From IMG/VR virus record IMGVR_UViG_3300003937_000247: DNA of 64,000 nt. One strand, 5' to 3'. Under the pieces are notes generated by a model. That model did no database searches. It was not told the DNA's origin and saw only the letters and a list, made by a program, of their open reading frames with translations. Position numbers and translations under genes: made by a program. Each line of letters begins with the position of its first letter. Within the stretch, counting starts at the first letter, position 1. The stretch comes from a virus. Positions 34,746-45,767 of this stretch are shown here, piece by piece.

Positions 34746-36242
34746 ATGCCAGCAATAATAACAAACAAATTTAGAATGAACAACGCTGAACAATTTGAGG
34801 AATCATTTTCAGAGGCGACCCCAACAGTTTACTACTTAGGAATAGGTAGAGCACAACCATTTGGTACTTTAACAAGACCAGACGGTAGAACAGATTACGA
34901 AGGTACAGAAACAACACCTACTACACCAGGAGATAGTGTATTAAATGAATTTAAAAACTATGATGATTTATTAGCCGCTAAGAAAATTACAAGTTCAGGT
35001 GTTAGTTATGTAATACCAAGAAGAAATTGGACAACAGGAACTACATACGATATATACAGACACGATTATGAGGAGTATATAACAGGAAGTACTTCAACAA
35101 AACAAACAGGTAATAGTGGTGCAACAACTTTGTTTGACTCAACTTTTTATGTACTAACTTCAGACAGAAATGTTTATAAATGTTTAGACAACGCAGGTAA
35201 CGCTACTTCAACAGATGAGCCAACAGGTACTTCAACTTCAGTTATAACAACTTCAGATAGTTATAAATGGAAGTATATGTACACTTTATCAGCTGCACAA
35301 CAAGCAAACTTTTTATCAACTGACTTTATGGCAGTTGGAACAGATTCAACTGTTTCAGCAGCTGCTGTTGATGGTGCTTTAGATATAGTAAAAATTAAAG
35401 CTGCAGGTTCAAGTTATACAGTTTCAGGTGGTGCAACATCAGGAACAATTACTGCTGTCCCTATAAGAGGAGACGGTTCAAGTGGTGTATGTTCAGTTGT
35501 ACTCACTTCAGGTGCCATTTCAGCTGTTACAGTAACAACTGCTGGAACAGGTTATACATCTGGTTATATTAGAAACGCTGATATTATTGCAGCTACAAAT
35601 GCTGGCGGTGCAGGATCAGGTGCTGAATTAGATGTAATTATTTCACCAAAAGGTGGACACGGTTTTAATTCTGTAGAAGAATTAGGTGGATTTTTTGTAA
35701 TGTTAAATACTTCTTTAGAAGGAACAGAAAGTTCAAACACAGGTGACTTTACAGCCGCAAATGATTTTAGAAAGATTACTTTAATTAAAAATCCTAACAA
35801 CGCAGCTGGTTCAGCTGCTTCTGCAACTACATTAAGAGGAACTTACGCTGTTAAGATTAATACCTCTCCAACTCCAGGCACATTTACTGCTGATGAAGAA
35901 ATTAATCAGGCAACAACTGGTGCTGTTGGTAAAGTAGTTGAATGGGATGCTACTAACAAAATTTTATATTATGTTCAGACAAGGCATAATGACGCTGGTG
36001 CTGATACTAATGGAAACGTTACTGCCTTATCAGGTGCGAATGTAATTACAGGACAAAGTTCAACTGCGACAGGTACTCCTGACGCTTCAACTCAAACTGT
36101 AAACAATGTTGCCTTTACTTCAGGATATGCACAACCAGAATTAGCACACGACTCTGGTGAAATCTTATATGTTGAAAATAGAACAAAGATCGCAAGAGCA
36201 ACTGACCAGACAGAAAATATAAAATTAATAATTGAGTTTTAA
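34746..36242 (+). CDS. gp8: baseplate wedge gp8
   Basis: MPAIIT.KFR; PRRNW; VYKCL.N; Y.WKYMY; PKGGHG; SG.ILY.ENR; IKL.IEF. Confidence 0.93.
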   Translation: MPAIITNKFRMNNAEQFEESFSEATPTVYYLGIGRAQPFGTLTRPDGRTDYEGTETTPTTPGDSVLNEFKNYDDLLAAKKITSSGVSYVIPRRNWTTGTTYDIYRHDYEEYITGSTSTKQTGNSGATTLFDSTFYVLTSDRNVYKCLDNAGNATSTDEPTGTSTSVITTSDSYKWKYMYTLSAAQQANFLSTDFMAVGTDSTVSAAAVDGALDIVKIKAAGSSYTVSGGATSGTITAVPIRGDGSSGVCSVVLTSGAISAVTVTTAGTGYTSGYIRNADIIAATNAGGAGSGAELDVIISPKGGHGFNSVEELGGFFVMLNTSLEGTESSNTGDFTAANDFRKITLIKNPNNAAGSAASATTLRGTYAVKINTSPTPGTFTADEEINQATTGAVGKVVEWDATNKILYYVQTRHNDAGADTNGNVTALSGANVITGQSSTATGTPDASTQTVNNVAFTSGYAQPELAHDSGEILYVENRTKIARATDQTENIKLIIEF

Positions 36243-36258
36243 AGAATAGAGGAGAAAA

Positions 36259-39200
36259 ATGCCAAGTCCAACTGATTTTAATGTCAGTCCTTACTATGAC
36301 GATTTTACAGAGTCGAAAAAGTTTCATCGGATTCTTTTTAGACCTGCGTTTGCTGTACAGGCTAGAGAATTAACTCAATCACAAACTCAAATACAGAATC
36401 AAATAGAAAGTTTATCTGATCACCTTTTTGATAAAGGTGCAATGATTATTCCAGGTGAAATTGGATATGATTTAAATTATTATGCTGTTAAATTAACATC
36501 TAAATCTGCTTCAACTTTAACCGATTATGTTGACACTACACTAACAGGTGGTACTTCAGGTGTTACTGCAAAAGTTGTAAATGCTGTTGTAACTGATGGT
36601 ACTGATCCAGATACATTATTTGTAAAATATATGAACACCGCTTCAGACGGTTCTACAATATCTTTTACTAATGGTGAAACATTAACATCTGATGGTTCTG
36701 GCAATCCAACAGTAGTTGTTGCTTCAACTGCAACAGGTTCAGCTGCACAAATTAAACAAGGTATCTATTACATTAATGGTTATCACGTTCAAGTATCTGC
36801 ACAAACATTAATACTTGACAAATATTCATCAACACCAAGTTATAGAGTAGGTTTAACAGTAACAGAATCTTTTGTTACTCCAGGTGATGACACTACTCTT
36901 AACGATAATGCTCAAGGGGTTTCAAACACAAATGCTCCTGGTGCTCATAGATTTAAAATATTATTAACACTTGCTAAAAAAGCATTAAACAGTACTGAAG
37001 ATAGTAATTTTTATGAATTATTAAGACTATCTAGTGGTGTTTTACAAAATCAAGTTAGAACAACTGATTATGCTGTATTAGAAGACACATTGGCTCGTAG
37101 AACATTTGACGAGTCTGGTGATTATGTTGTTAGACCATTTGATATAGATGTTAGAGAACATTTAATATCTGGAACAAATAGAGGAATTTATACAGGTGGA
37201 CAAGGTGGTGACGCTACTAAACTTGCAGTAGGATTTTCTCCAGGAAAAGCATACGTAAAAGGTTATGAAATTAATACTATATCTACAACATATGTTGATG
37301 TAGATAAGGCTAGAGATTATGATACACAAGGTAATTTTAATACAAGATTTGATGTAGGTAACTTTGTAAATGTAACAAACGTTTATGGTTCTCCAGACAT
37401 TGTTACTGCTTCAGGTGTTGAGGCATTTAAAGGTTTAACATTACACAATACAGCAACAAGTTCTCGTGGTACTGCAAACGCAGGAGCAAATTCAAACATA
37501 ACAACAATTGGTAGAGCAAAAACTAGAGGCTTTGAATATTCTTCTGGTACTGCTACGGGTAATATTTTTTCAAATGCAAGTATAACAAGTGCTGTTTATA
37601 AACACCATCTTTTTGATGTTGTTTTATTTACACACTTAAATATTACAACTGCTCAAGCATATTCAGATGGTGTAACTATAACTGGTGGCACTTCAGGTGC
37701 TACAGGTATTGTACAAGAATCTTCTACTGTAGAAAGTGCTACAATTACTGGTGCAACGGCAGCTAATCCTGTAGTTGTAACAGCTACAAATAAATTTAAA
37801 GAAGGTCAACAAATTACTATTACTGGTGTTGCTGGTATGACAGAATTAAATGGTAACGTTTATACAGTCAGAAATCCAACCTCATCAAACTTCCAATTAT
37901 ACGATACAGATGGAACTTCATCAATTAATGGTGGAAGTTATTCAGCATGGTCTAGTTCTTCTGGTGTTGCTACACACGGTGTTGTTATATTATCAAATGT
38001 ACAAGGTATATTCCAAGCAAGTGAATCAATTACAGATGGTTCTAGTGCTTCAACTATTCAAGCAAACGCTGTTGGATTAAAAGGTGTTACTACACACGAT
38101 ATATCTTCAGTAAAACAAATTGCAATGGCAGGAAGTCCAACATTTACTGCTGATACATCATTAGACGCTACAAGTGGTGACAATGCTACTTTAACTGGTA
38201 CATTATCAATTGCAAATAGTGGTACAGCTGTCACAGGTTTCAATACAAGATTTACAGACGAATTAAGAGTTGGAGATTCAATTTCATTTACAACGGATGC
38301 TGGGAGTTCTCTTACAAAAATTGTAGAAGCTATTATTAGTAATAGTTCTATCTCATTATTAGCTGCTGTAGGTGGTTCAGACGTATCAACAAAAACAATT
38401 GCTACAAGACGAAGAGCAAAAATGCAATCGCCTGAAAAAAATGTTTCTATATTTAAATTGCCATATGAAAATATTAAAACATTAAAAACTACTGTAAACA
38501 GTAATGTTTCAGATACAACTTATTCATTTAGAAAACACTCAATTACAACACTTACTGGAGATGGTATTGCTACTTTCTCTGCTGGTGTCAATGAAACTTT
38601 TGCTGATTTATCTGAAGGAGATTATACAATATCAATAACAAGTACAGGTGGTGGTGGAACAGGTGCTGTTGGAGATGTATTAAGTTTAACAGGTAACAAC
38701 CACGAAAGTTCTGCTATATTTGCATTGAACGGTGCTAAAACAACTTTAACTTTAGACTTTGGTGCCAACTATGCTGGACACGATATTAAAGCATTAGTAA
38801 CATTGCACAAAACAGTAGGTACTTCAAAAACAAAAACATTAAATGCAGCTTCAACTGTTGCAATTTCAACTCAAGCTACAATTGTAAGTGGCACTATTGG
38901 ATTAGCTAAGGCTGATGTTAAACAAATAAACAATGTTTATATGGCTGCTGACTTTAGTACTGCTGCTGATACATCTGATACAGATATTTCAAGTAGATTT
39001 GAATTAGATACAGGACAAAGAGATAACTTCTATGATATTGGAAGAATTAAATTAAAAACTGGTGAATTAACACCAACAGGTAGATTACTAGTTAACTTTG
39101 ATTATTACTCTCATAGTTCAGGAGATTATTTTGATGTTGATTCATATTCAGCAATAAGTTATACAGATATTCCTGCTTATACTTCATCTAATACAGGTGT

Positions 39201-42200
39201 TAGATATGAGTTAAGAGATAGTTTAGATTTCAGACCAAGAGTTGATGACGCTTCAACAATAGACGCTGGTGTACAAGATAGATCATTTGACGGATCAGGT
39301 GCTTCTGTAGTACAACCTATTAAATTTAGTTCAGACGTAAGGTCAGATTTTGAATATTATTTAGGAAGAGTTGATAAAGTATTTTTAGATAAAGATGGTA
39401 ATATGAAAATATTAAAAGGCGCTAGTTCAGTTGCGCCAAGAATACCAGGTACATTAGATAATGCTATGCACCTATACACTTTATTTTTACCTGCATACAC
39501 ATTAGATACTTCTGAAGTTGGTATAGAACACGTAGATAATAAACGATATACAATGAGAGATATTGGTAGAATAGAAAATAGAATTGAAACTGCTGAATAT
39601 TATACACAACTTTCATTATTAGAAACAGCTGCACAAACTTTACAAATACAAGACTCAAATGGTTTAGATAGATTTAAAAATGGTTTTGTAGTAGATAACT
39701 TTACAGGCCATAATATTGGTGATGTAGGTAATGGAGATTACAAAGTTGCTATAGATTATGCAAATGGAGAAATGAGACCAACATTCCACGAAGACGCTGT
39801 ACAATTAATTGAAAGAGATGAAGATGGTACTGCTCTAGTAGCTGCTGATAGAACAGACGCTAATTATCAAAAAACTGGAGACTTAATTACTTTACCTTAT
39901 ACTGAATCAACTTTAATAGACCAACCTTATGCAAGTAAGGCTATCAATGTAAATCCATTTGGAGTATTTACATGGATAGGTTCAATAGACTTAACACCTC
40001 CAGGTGATGAATGGAAAGAAACAGAAAGAGCACCAGAATTAGTTATAAACAATCCTAATGGAAGTTGGGATAACTTAACAAAAAATACTGGTAACTCTAG
40101 TACACTATCAGAATTCCCTATGTCAACAGTTTGGAACTCTTGGCAAGATACTTGGACAGGTAAGGCTGTTGAAACAGAAAGAAAAAGTGTAGGCACATAT
40201 GAGAAAAGAGGAGGCCACGGTTGGAGAGTTATGGCCAAAGAAGAAATTACAACTGCTCAACAAGTTTCACAAACAAGAACAGGTATAAGAGCTGTTGCAA
40301 TTCCTCAAACAGTAAGAACATCTATTGGAGATAGAGTTGTTTCAGTTGCATTTGTTCCATTTATTAGAAGTAGAACAATAACATTTAACGCAACAAGATT
40401 AAAACCAAATACAAGAGTTTATCCTTTCTTTGATAATGTTGATATATCTGCATATGTAACACCAGATGGTGGTTCATTAGGAGGCAATTTAGTTTCAGAC
40501 ACAAATGGTAAAGTAGAAGGTACGTTTGCTATACCAGATCCAAAAGTAAATGCAAATCCTAGATGGAGAACAGGTCAAAGATTATTCAGATTAACAAGTT
40601 CATCTACAAACAGTTTAACAAACGCTAATGTTGAAACAGCTGCAAACGTTGAATATGTTGCAAGAGGTTTATTAGAAACTGTAAGAGAAACTATACTTTC
40701 AAGTAGAGAAGCACGTGTAGAGATGAGAAGTGTTACTGAAAGTCAAACTATTACTAGAACATCTACAAGAACGGAAGAAAGACAAGTTGGATACCACGAT
40801 CCTTTGGCACAAACTTTTTTAATTGATGACGCTGGTGGTGTATTCGTAACATCTATTGATTTATTCTTTAGTACAAAAGATAGTAACATTCCAGTTACAG
40901 TACAAATAAGAGATGTTGTAAATGGTTATCCTGGACAAAAAATATTACCATTTTCAGAAGTTACAAAGAATCCAGGTGATGTTAGCGTAAGTACAGATGG
41001 TACTACTGCAACTAAATTTACATTCCTAAGTCCTGTTTACATACAAGCAAACGTAGAGTATTGTTTTGTCATAATGGCAAACTCACAAGATTATAATGCT
41101 TACGTAGCAAGAATAGGTGAAACATCATTAGATACAAATAGAACAATATCAGCACAACCTTACGCTGGTGTTTTATTTAAATCTCAAAATGGTATGACTT
41201 GGAGTGCTGAACAAAATGAAGATATGAAATTTAAATTAAGAAGAGCAGAATTTAGTCAAGTTACAGGTACAGTTACTTTAACAAATGATACTTTATCTAC
41301 AAGAGCACTTAAAAACAATCCATTAAGAACAACAAGCGGTTCTAAAGTTATTAGAGTATTCCATCCTAACCATGGTATGCACGGTACAAGTAATAACGTA
41401 ACAATTGCTGGTGTGGAAAGTGGTACTCTTAATGGTATTGCTCATTCAGACATTAATGGAACATATACAAGTATTTCAAACGTAACTTTAGATAGTTATG
41501 ATATAACTTCAGGAAGTTCATCAAACGCAAGTGCTAGTGGAGATGTTGGTAGTACTACTGTAACAGCAACACAAAACAGATTGTTTGATGTATTAAATTT
41601 AGGCGGTGTTCAAACAGTAACTTTACCAGATACAAATATAGACTATTACATAAGAACAGCTACAGGTAAATCTGTACACGGTTCTGAAACAGAATTTGCG
41701 TTAACAGCAAATGAAAGTAAACTTGCTGTAGTCAATAATGACAATATTGCTTTCCCAGCGCCTCAAATGGTTGCAAGTGAAATCAATGAAACAAATGAAA
41801 GTATTACAGGCGGTAAATCTTTCTATACAATTTTAGAATTAACAACATCAAATACTAAATTATCTCCTGTTTTAGATACTCAAAGAATGAGTGCATTTAC
41901 AATTCAAAGTAGATTAAATAATCCTAGTTCAAGTAATACACCTGACTTTGTTGCTGATACAGTTAAATCAGGAACATCATCAGCTGCTGTTTATTTAACT
42001 AAACCAATTATATTGGAAAATAATTCAAAAGCATTAGACATAAGATTAACTGCTAACATAAGATCAACATCCGAAGTAGAAATGTATTATAGAGTTTCAG
42101 GTACAGACAACGATACTCAATTAGATGATTTAAGTTGGACAGCATTTAATACAGATGGAAGTTCAGACGCTACTGTAACACCTGCTGAAGATGATACAAC

Positions 42201-42336
42201 ATTTAAAGAATACAAATATAGTGATAATGATATAAATGAATTTACATCATTCCAGCTAAAAATTGTAATGAAAGGAAGTAATTCTTCATATCCACCAGTA
42301 TTGAGAGATATGAGAGGAATTGCTCTGGCAGTATAA
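36259..42336 (+). CDS. large virion structural protein (VrlC/DUF4815-like)
   Basis: N.SPYYDDF; LFRP..AVQARELTQ.Q; LARRT.DESG.Y; RFKNGF.VDNF; DPLAQTF; R.IALA. Confidence 0.88.
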   Translation: MPSPTDFNVSPYYDDFTESKKFHRILFRPAFAVQARELTQSQTQIQNQIESLSDHLFDKGAMIIPGEIGYDLNYYAVKLTSKSASTLTDYVDTTLTGGTSGVTAKVVNAVVTDGTDPDTLFVKYMNTASDGSTISFTNGETLTSDGSGNPTVVVASTATGSAAQIKQGIYYINGYHVQVSAQTLILDKYSSTPSYRVGLTVTESFVTPGDDTTLNDNAQGVSNTNAPGAHRFKILLTLAKKALNSTEDSNFYELLRLSSGVLQNQVRTTDYAVLEDTLARRTFDESGDYVVRPFDIDVREHLISGTNRGIYTGGQGGDATKLAVGFSPGKAYVKGYEINTISTTYVDVDKARDYDTQGNFNTRFDVGNFVNVTNVYGSPDIVTASGVEAFKGLTLHNTATSSRGTANAGANSNITTIGRAKTRGFEYSSGTATGNIFSNASITSAVYKHHLFDVVLFTHLNITTAQAYSDGVTITGGTSGATGIVQESSTVESATITGATAANPVVVTATNKFKEGQQITITGVAGMTELNGNVYTVRNPTSSNFQLYDTDGTSSINGGSYSAWSSSSGVATHGVVILSNVQGIFQASESITDGSSASTIQANAVGLKGVTTHDISSVKQIAMAGSPTFTADTSLDATSGDNATLTGTLSIANSGTAVTGFNTRFTDELRVGDSISFTTDAGSSLTKIVEAIISNSSISLLAAVGGSDVSTKTIATRRRAKMQSPEKNVSIFKLPYENIKTLKTTVNSNVSDTTYSFRKHSITTLTGDGIATFSAGVNETFADLSEGDYTISITSTGGGGTGAVGDVLSLTGNNHESSAIFALNGAKTTLTLDFGANYAGHDIKALVTLHKTVGTSKTKTLNAASTVAISTQATIVSGTIGLAKADVKQINNVYMAADFSTAADTSDTDISSRFELDTGQRDNFYDIGRIKLKTGELTPTGRLLVNFDYYSHSSGDYFDVDSYSAISYTDIPAYTSSNTGVRYELRDSLDFRPRVDDASTIDAGVQDRSFDGSGASVVQPIKFSSDVRSDFEYYLGRVDKVFLDKDGNMKILKGASSVAPRIPGTLDNAMHLYTLFLPAYTLDTSEVGIEHVDNKRYTMRDIGRIENRIETAEYYTQLSLLETAAQTLQIQDSNGLDRFKNGFVVDNFTGHNIGDVGNGDYKVAIDYANGEMRPTFHEDAVQLIERDEDGTALVAADRTDANYQKTGDLITLPYTESTLIDQPYASKAINVNPFGVFTWIGSIDLTPPGDEWKETERAPELVINNPNGSWDNLTKNTGNSSTLSEFPMSTVWNSWQDTWTGKAVETERKSVGTYEKRGGHGWRVMAKEEITTAQQVSQTRTGIRAVAIPQTVRTSIGDRVVSVAFVPFIRSRTITFNATRLKPNTRVYPFFDNVDISAYVTPDGGSLGGNLVSDTNGKVEGTFAIPDPKVNANPRWRTGQRLFRLTSSSTNSLTNANVETAANVEYVARGLLETVRETILSSREARVEMRSVTESQTITRTSTRTEERQVGYHDPLAQTFLIDDAGGVFVTSIDLFFSTKDSNIPVTVQIRDVVNGYPGQKILPFSEVTKNPGDVSVSTDGTTATKFTFLSPVYIQANVEYCFVIMANSQDYNAYVARIGETSLDTNRTISAQPYAGVLFKSQNGMTWSAEQNEDMKFKLRRAEFSQVTGTVTLTNDTLSTRALKNNPLRTTSGSKVIRVFHPNHGMHGTSNNVTIAGVESGTLNGIAHSDINGTYTSISNVTLDSYDITSGSSSNASASGDVGSTTVTATQNRLFDVLNLGGVQTVTLPDTNIDYYIRTATGKSVHGSETEFALTANESKLAVVNNDNIAFPAPQMVASEINETNESITGGKSFYTILELTTSNTKLSPVLDTQRMSAFTIQSRLNNPSSSNTPDFVADTVKSGTSSAAVYLTKPIILENNSKALDIRLTANIRSTSEVEMYYRVSGTDNDTQLDDLSWTAFNTDGSSDATVTPAEDDTTFKEYKYSDNDINEFTSFQLKIVMKGSNSSYPPVLRDMRGIALAV

Positions 42337-42560
42337 TGAGTATTAAAGTTAGAGTTGAAGGATTTACAGGACTTATAAGAGATACACATTCTAACGCAAT
42401 CGTAAATGTAAACAAATCTGATTATGAATTGTATATGTTAAGACATAAAAGTAGAGAAAGACAAAGTGACGTGTTAAGAGATACAGTAAAAGAAATAAAT
42501 ACTTTAAAACAAGAATTGAAAGAAATTAAAAAGTTATTACAAGGAGTAATTAAAAACTAA
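42336..42560 (+). CDS. small coiled-coil protein
   Basis: VEG...L.RD..S.AIVN; EIN.LK.EL.EIK.LL; typical follower of VrlC-like genes. Confidence 0.75.
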   Translation: MSIKVRVEGFTGLIRDTHSNAIVNVNKSDYELYMLRHKSRERQSDVLRDTVKEINTLKQELKEIKKLLQGVIKN

Positions 42561-43393
42561 TGGCTGCAAGACAGATAACACAAACGCAAACACTAGAAGA
42601 CTTTAGAACACAGTTTAATGCTCTATCGGCAACTGACTTTGGTGATATTGCTACACTTGACTCTGGTCTTTCTGCAACGTCTGTAATAGGCGCTGTAAAT
42701 GAATTATATGCAGCTATTGCTGGTGCATTATCATTTACACTTTCAGATGGTTCAAATACTCAAACTCTTGTAAATGGAAATACATTATTATTTAATGGTA
42801 CAGCAAATCAAATTACAACAACAGTAGCAGCAACAGATAAAGTAACTGTAGCATTAACTGAAGATGTAACAATTGCTGGGGAATTTATTGCTTCAGGTAC
42901 TGGTGCTCACAAATTAGGAACAATTCAAACGTATGGTAATACAATTTCATCAACAGACGCAACTACAGTTACAATAGATGACAATTTAACACTTTCTGCT
43001 GGTAAAACATTAGTAGCAGATATTATATCAAGTTCACAATCATATGTGTCTTTTGGTGCAAAAAATATATCAACTAGTGGGTACTTCTATACAGAAGCTG
43101 CAACAGGTGGTATCATATTTGAAGGTGCAACAGCAGACGCACACGAAACAAACGTTAGAGTAGTAGATCCTACAGCAGATAGAACAATTACTCTACCTGA
43201 TGAAACAGGTACTGTTATAACAACTGGCAGTTCTGCCGCTATAACAGGTGCAATGATAGCACTAAATACAGTTGCAGAAGCTAATATGGCAGATGACTCT
43301 ATTGGTCAGGATCAACTAAAAAGTGTAGTAACCTTACAGATTATAGACTCTGGAGGTACAGTAGTGAAGACAATGTACGCTGCTGGGGCATAG
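42560..43393 (+). CDS. tail fibre/virion structural protein
   Basis: TLE.FR..FN; IGAVNE; IFEGAT.D.HET.....DPTADRTITLPD.TG. Confidence 0.75.
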   Translation: MAARQITQTQTLEDFRTQFNALSATDFGDIATLDSGLSATSVIGAVNELYAAIAGALSFTLSDGSNTQTLVNGNTLLFNGTANQITTTVAATDKVTVALTEDVTIAGEFIASGTGAHKLGTIQTYGNTISSTDATTVTIDDNLTLSAGKTLVADIISSSQSYVSFGAKNISTSGYFYTEAATGGIIFEGATADAHETNVRVVDPTADRTITLPDETGTVITTGSSAAITGAMIALNTVAEANMADDSIGQDQLKSVVTLQIIDSGGTVVKTMYAAGA

Positions 43394-43512
43394 ACTTAAA
43401 AGATGTATAAATATATTATGGATATAGGTGAAAGAATTTATAAATATGTAAATAGAGAGGTACTTACTAATAATTATAATATGAATGAGTACCAGAAATT
43501 AATGGAGACAAC

Positions 43513-44448
43513 ATGGCAGTAAGAAAACCTTTATATGTAGCAAGTAGCAACTTACGAGAGATGACAACCGCAATGGTTTTAGAAATCGTACAAGCTGCTG
43601 TCTATCAATATTCACTAAATCCTGGCGTTGCTTTAACTGTATCTGCAGGCGGTGGAAACATCGGAAGTATTTCAGATACAAGAAAACAAGCAGGTGCTCA
43701 ATCAACAAGTACAACTGCATTTCCAAGTGAGGGTACAACAGCTGAACCTAGTACGGTTACAGTAACTTACAATCACGTTGTATCAACGGATGCTAGTTTA
43801 ACACCAACAGCTGACTCAGGCAAAACATGGCCTGTATATTACAATTCAAGTGGACAGATTCAAGCAATGAATTTAGCAGACGTAAAAGATACTTTTTTAC
43901 ATCCTGCAATTGACTTATTAGCTTCAGGTTCAACAGGAACAGATCAAGCTGGAACTTATACAGTAAGTACTGGAACATCTTTAGCAGGTAGTACCAACAT
44001 AAGTACAACAGCAATATATGCAGATACAAGAGCTGACACAGGTGCATATGCAGCTGGCAGTATTCCAGAAACACAAGATCAACCTACAACAATTACAAGT
44101 TATTACCTACATAGAATAAATGGAAATGATAATTCATTTACTGAACCGTATTATTTGGATGGTTCAAACAATGTTAAAGAATATACAACCGCAGCTATTC
44201 AATCATTATTACAAGAATGGATGAGAAAAACAGCGGCTGATTCTGGTGATGGTTATGCTTTGAGTTATACTCTAGGAACTACAGCAACTGGTAACACAAG
44301 AGGTTCTGGTATGGCTGATACAATTTTAAATGGTTCTGGTAATTATCAGACAAGATATGTAAATACAGATGACTATAGGGCGCAAGAGTTTCCTAATGGA
44401 TCATCTACAACAGCAAACACTTATTATTTAAGAATTATTAAATCGTAA
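43513..44448 (+). CDS. virion structural protein
   Basis: Thr/Ser/Gly-rich; MAVR.PL; YR.QEFPNG; TATAAATA motifs upstream (43406, 43439). Confidence 0.65.
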   Translation: MAVRKPLYVASSNLREMTTAMVLEIVQAAVYQYSLNPGVALTVSAGGGNIGSISDTRKQAGAQSTSTTAFPSEGTTAEPSTVTVTYNHVVSTDASLTPTADSGKTWPVYYNSSGQIQAMNLADVKDTFLHPAIDLLASGSTGTDQAGTYTVSTGTSLAGSTNISTTAIYADTRADTGAYAAGSIPETQDQPTTITSYYLHRINGNDNSFTEPYYLDGSNNVKEYTTAAIQSLLQEWMRKTAADSGDGYALSYTLGTTATGNTRGSGMADTILNGSGNYQTRYVNTDDYRAQEFPNGSSTTANTYYLRIIKS

Positions 44449-44482
44449 TATCATTCCTCCCGATATTGCTTTGTTATGAATT

Positions 44483-45232
44483 ATGAATATATTATTAACA
44501 GGTAGTGAAGGCTTTGTTGGCCAACATTTATTTAAATATTTAAAACCCAATCATAAAATAATTTGTTTAGACAAGTTAGCAGGTAATGATTTATTATCCT
44601 GTGACTTAAAATATTCCGTAGATTTAGTTATACATCTTGCTGGTTTATCTGGCGTAAGAGATAGTTTAGAAAGATCAACAGAATATTGGATACAAAATGT
44701 AATCGCAGGTCAAAGACTTTTTGATTATTTCAAAGACACAAGAATCCTATACGCAAGTTCATCAACAGCACACGAGCCTTGGAAAAATCCATATGCAATG
44801 AGTAAATATAGTTTGGAGCGTATTGCTCCTGCTAATAGTCTTGGTATGAGATTTACAACCATATATGGTCCTAATGCTAGAGAAAGTATGTTAATACCTA
44901 GAATATTAAGAAATGATGTGCCTTATATTAATACAAATCATAGTAGAGATTTTATACACGTGGAAGATGTTTGTTCGGCAATTTATTCTTTAATAACACA
45001 CAATGCTATTACAGCTTATCCAAATCATACAGGTGTCATAGATGTAGGTTCTGGTACGACAAACAATCTTATAAAGTTAATTGATTACTTCAAAATTGAC
45101 TGTGAGCGTGTTATAGGAGATGAGTATGAAAGAATAGATAATCTTGCCGATACTGCTATACTAAATAGTACTGGCTGGTCACCAAAGATTAATTTATATG
45201 ACTATATTAAGGAGAATAAAAATGACAACTGA
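44483..45232 (+). CDS. NAD-dependent epimerase/dehydratase
   Basis: TGSEGFVG; HLA; YASSS; Y..SK; RDFIHV.D. Confidence 0.93.
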   Translation: MNILLTGSEGFVGQHLFKYLKPNHKIICLDKLAGNDLLSCDLKYSVDLVIHLAGLSGVRDSLERSTEYWIQNVIAGQRLFDYFKDTRILYASSSTAHEPWKNPYAMSKYSLERIAPANSLGMRFTTIYGPNARESMLIPRILRNDVPYINTNHSRDFIHVEDVCSAIYSLITHNAITAYPNHTGVIDVGSGTTNNLIKLIDYFKIDCERVIGDEYERIDNLADTAILNSTGWSPKINLYDYIKENKNDN

Positions 45233-45767
45233 AATTAGTGAAGCAAGTGCAATAACTGAAGAATATTTAAAAGATAATTTTTTAACAGCGTACTTCATTG
45301 ACAATGAAAGACAAAACATAGAGATACAAACTACAACTAGAGATAAGAAACAAGTTATAACAAATATTATACCTTTTGATGAAGAAGATGTAAAATTTAA
45401 AGCACTACAAAGTGTTATGAATGTGGATCAATTACACGAGTCTACATACCAAAAAGTTAAAAACGAAAGAAAATTGTTTGAAGAAACAGTTTTAAGAATC
45501 GCAAAAAAAGATGGTATTGTTATGGACTCTGCTAAGATTGATACAAAATTTTATCCAAAAGTAATTGACGCTCTTTTTAATGATGAGGAGAATGCAGATC
45601 ATCTCTTTGCATTGAAATTAGCTGTATTTGAATTAGAAAAAATTAAAGATTCACAAGAAGAAGATTTAAAAAAACAAATAAGACAATCTAAATCTAAAAC
45701 AGAAATTATAGCAAAAGTTTGTGAGATTTTACTTCCTAAACGAGATATCCCTATTGGGGATATGTAA
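45222..45767 (+). CDS. hypothetical protein
   Basis: AAGGAG SD before MTTEISE; LF.LKLA.FE. Confidence 0.7.
   Translation: MTTEISEASAITEEYLKDNFLTAYFIDNERQNIEIQTTTRDKKQVITNIIPFDEEDVKFKALQSVMNVDQLHESTYQKVKNERKLFEETVLRIAKKDGIVMDSAKIDTKFYPKVIDALFNDEENADHLFALKLAVFELEKIKDSQEEDLKKQIRQSKSKTEIIAKVCEILLPKRDIPIGDM

Noticed and set aside
30984-42336. Recurring F..GETITG.TSGATA-like repeats as a DNA repeat family or DGR
   Set aside because: Protein-level beta-repeats common in baseplate proteins; no near-identical template/variable repeat pair or reverse transcriptase
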